DNA of 64,000 bases, taken from positions 34,835-98,834 of the forward strand of contig UQFO01000006.1 in assembly GCA_900540275.1 (NCBI GenBank), written 5' to 3'. The notes under the pieces are model-generated. The model had not been told where the DNA came from and ran no database searches. It saw only the letters and a list, made by a program, of their open reading frames with translations. This document shows positions 63,923 to 64,000 of this stretch, in pieces. The stretch is from an uncultured Oscillospiraceae bacterium (GTDB taxonomy: Bacteria > Bacillota > Clostridia > Oscillospirales > Acutalibacteraceae). Positions within the stretch are counted from its first letter, which is position 1. The number at the start of each line of letters is the position of its first letter. Position numbers and translations under genes: made by a program.

Positions 63923-64000
63923 ATGGAAATGATATCATTGTATGAGGATTTGCGCCAAAACGCCTACCCGGGCCGCGGCATCCTGATTGGTAAGAGCGCG
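63923..64000 (+). CDS. 5' fragment of a PurO-type IMP cyclohydrolase-like gene, cut by the window end
   Basis: MEMISLYEDLRQNAYPGRGILIGKSA. The YPGRG(I/L)IIG N-terminus is what I recall for the archaeal/clostridial IMP cyclohydrolase family, and the gene is in a pur-operon context. Confidence 0.5.
   Translation, partial: MEMISLYEDLRQNAYPGRGILIGKSA

Noticed and set aside
1-64000. CRISPR arrays, tRNA, rRNA, tmRNA, transposase or IS elements
   Set aside because: I saw no regularly spaced direct repeats, cloverleaf-compatible sequences, rRNA-like stretches or transposase ORFs on either strand.

Overview
This looks like a chromosomal segment of a spore-forming, cellulosome-associated Clostridia bacterium, probably Oscillospiraceae/Ruminococcaceae-like. 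That guess rests on the dockerin protein, the BspA-type LRR lipoprotein, the spoIIM/bofA/ylmC genes and visibly GC-rich third codon positions. Most of the window is conserved housekeeping. It includes a TPP-riboswitch-controlled thiD-thiC-thiM-thiE-HAD operon, nifS-nifU, rnhA, RNase J, the Firmicutes blocks gdpP-rplI-dnaB and tilS-hpt-ftsH, uvrA, proC, rpsB-tsf and purE-F-M-N. I found no rRNA, tRNA or CRISPR array. Two regions look accessory. (1) Positions 1-8600 hold the 3' part of a large serine recombinase followed by an orphan coding remnant. They also hold an operon encoding a small secreted protein plus an ABC exporter, a very AT-rich spacer, and a single-polypeptide nuclease-methylase-specificity (type IIB/IIG-like) restriction enzyme. 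(2) Positions 46190-49480 hold a visibly AT-richer cassette bracketed by about 300-bp imperfect inverted repeats made of hairpins. Inside is a tandemly duplicated module: a small ribbon-helix-helix gene with a convergent, promoter-plus-terminator-defined antisense small RNA whose terminator stems covary between copies. I consider this the most interesting unexplained structure. Other points worth checking: a PTS-EIIC::EAL fusion preceded by an orphan promoter-to-terminator unit, an unclassified terminator-containing purE leader, an RNase J with a long basic N-terminal tail, a GH24 lysozyme split by an SH3b insertion, and a DUF5685-like protein with isoprenoid-synthase-like Asp motifs next to a J-protein with a poly-Cys tail. 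All calls come from reading the sequence and from recalled family motifs. No searches were run.
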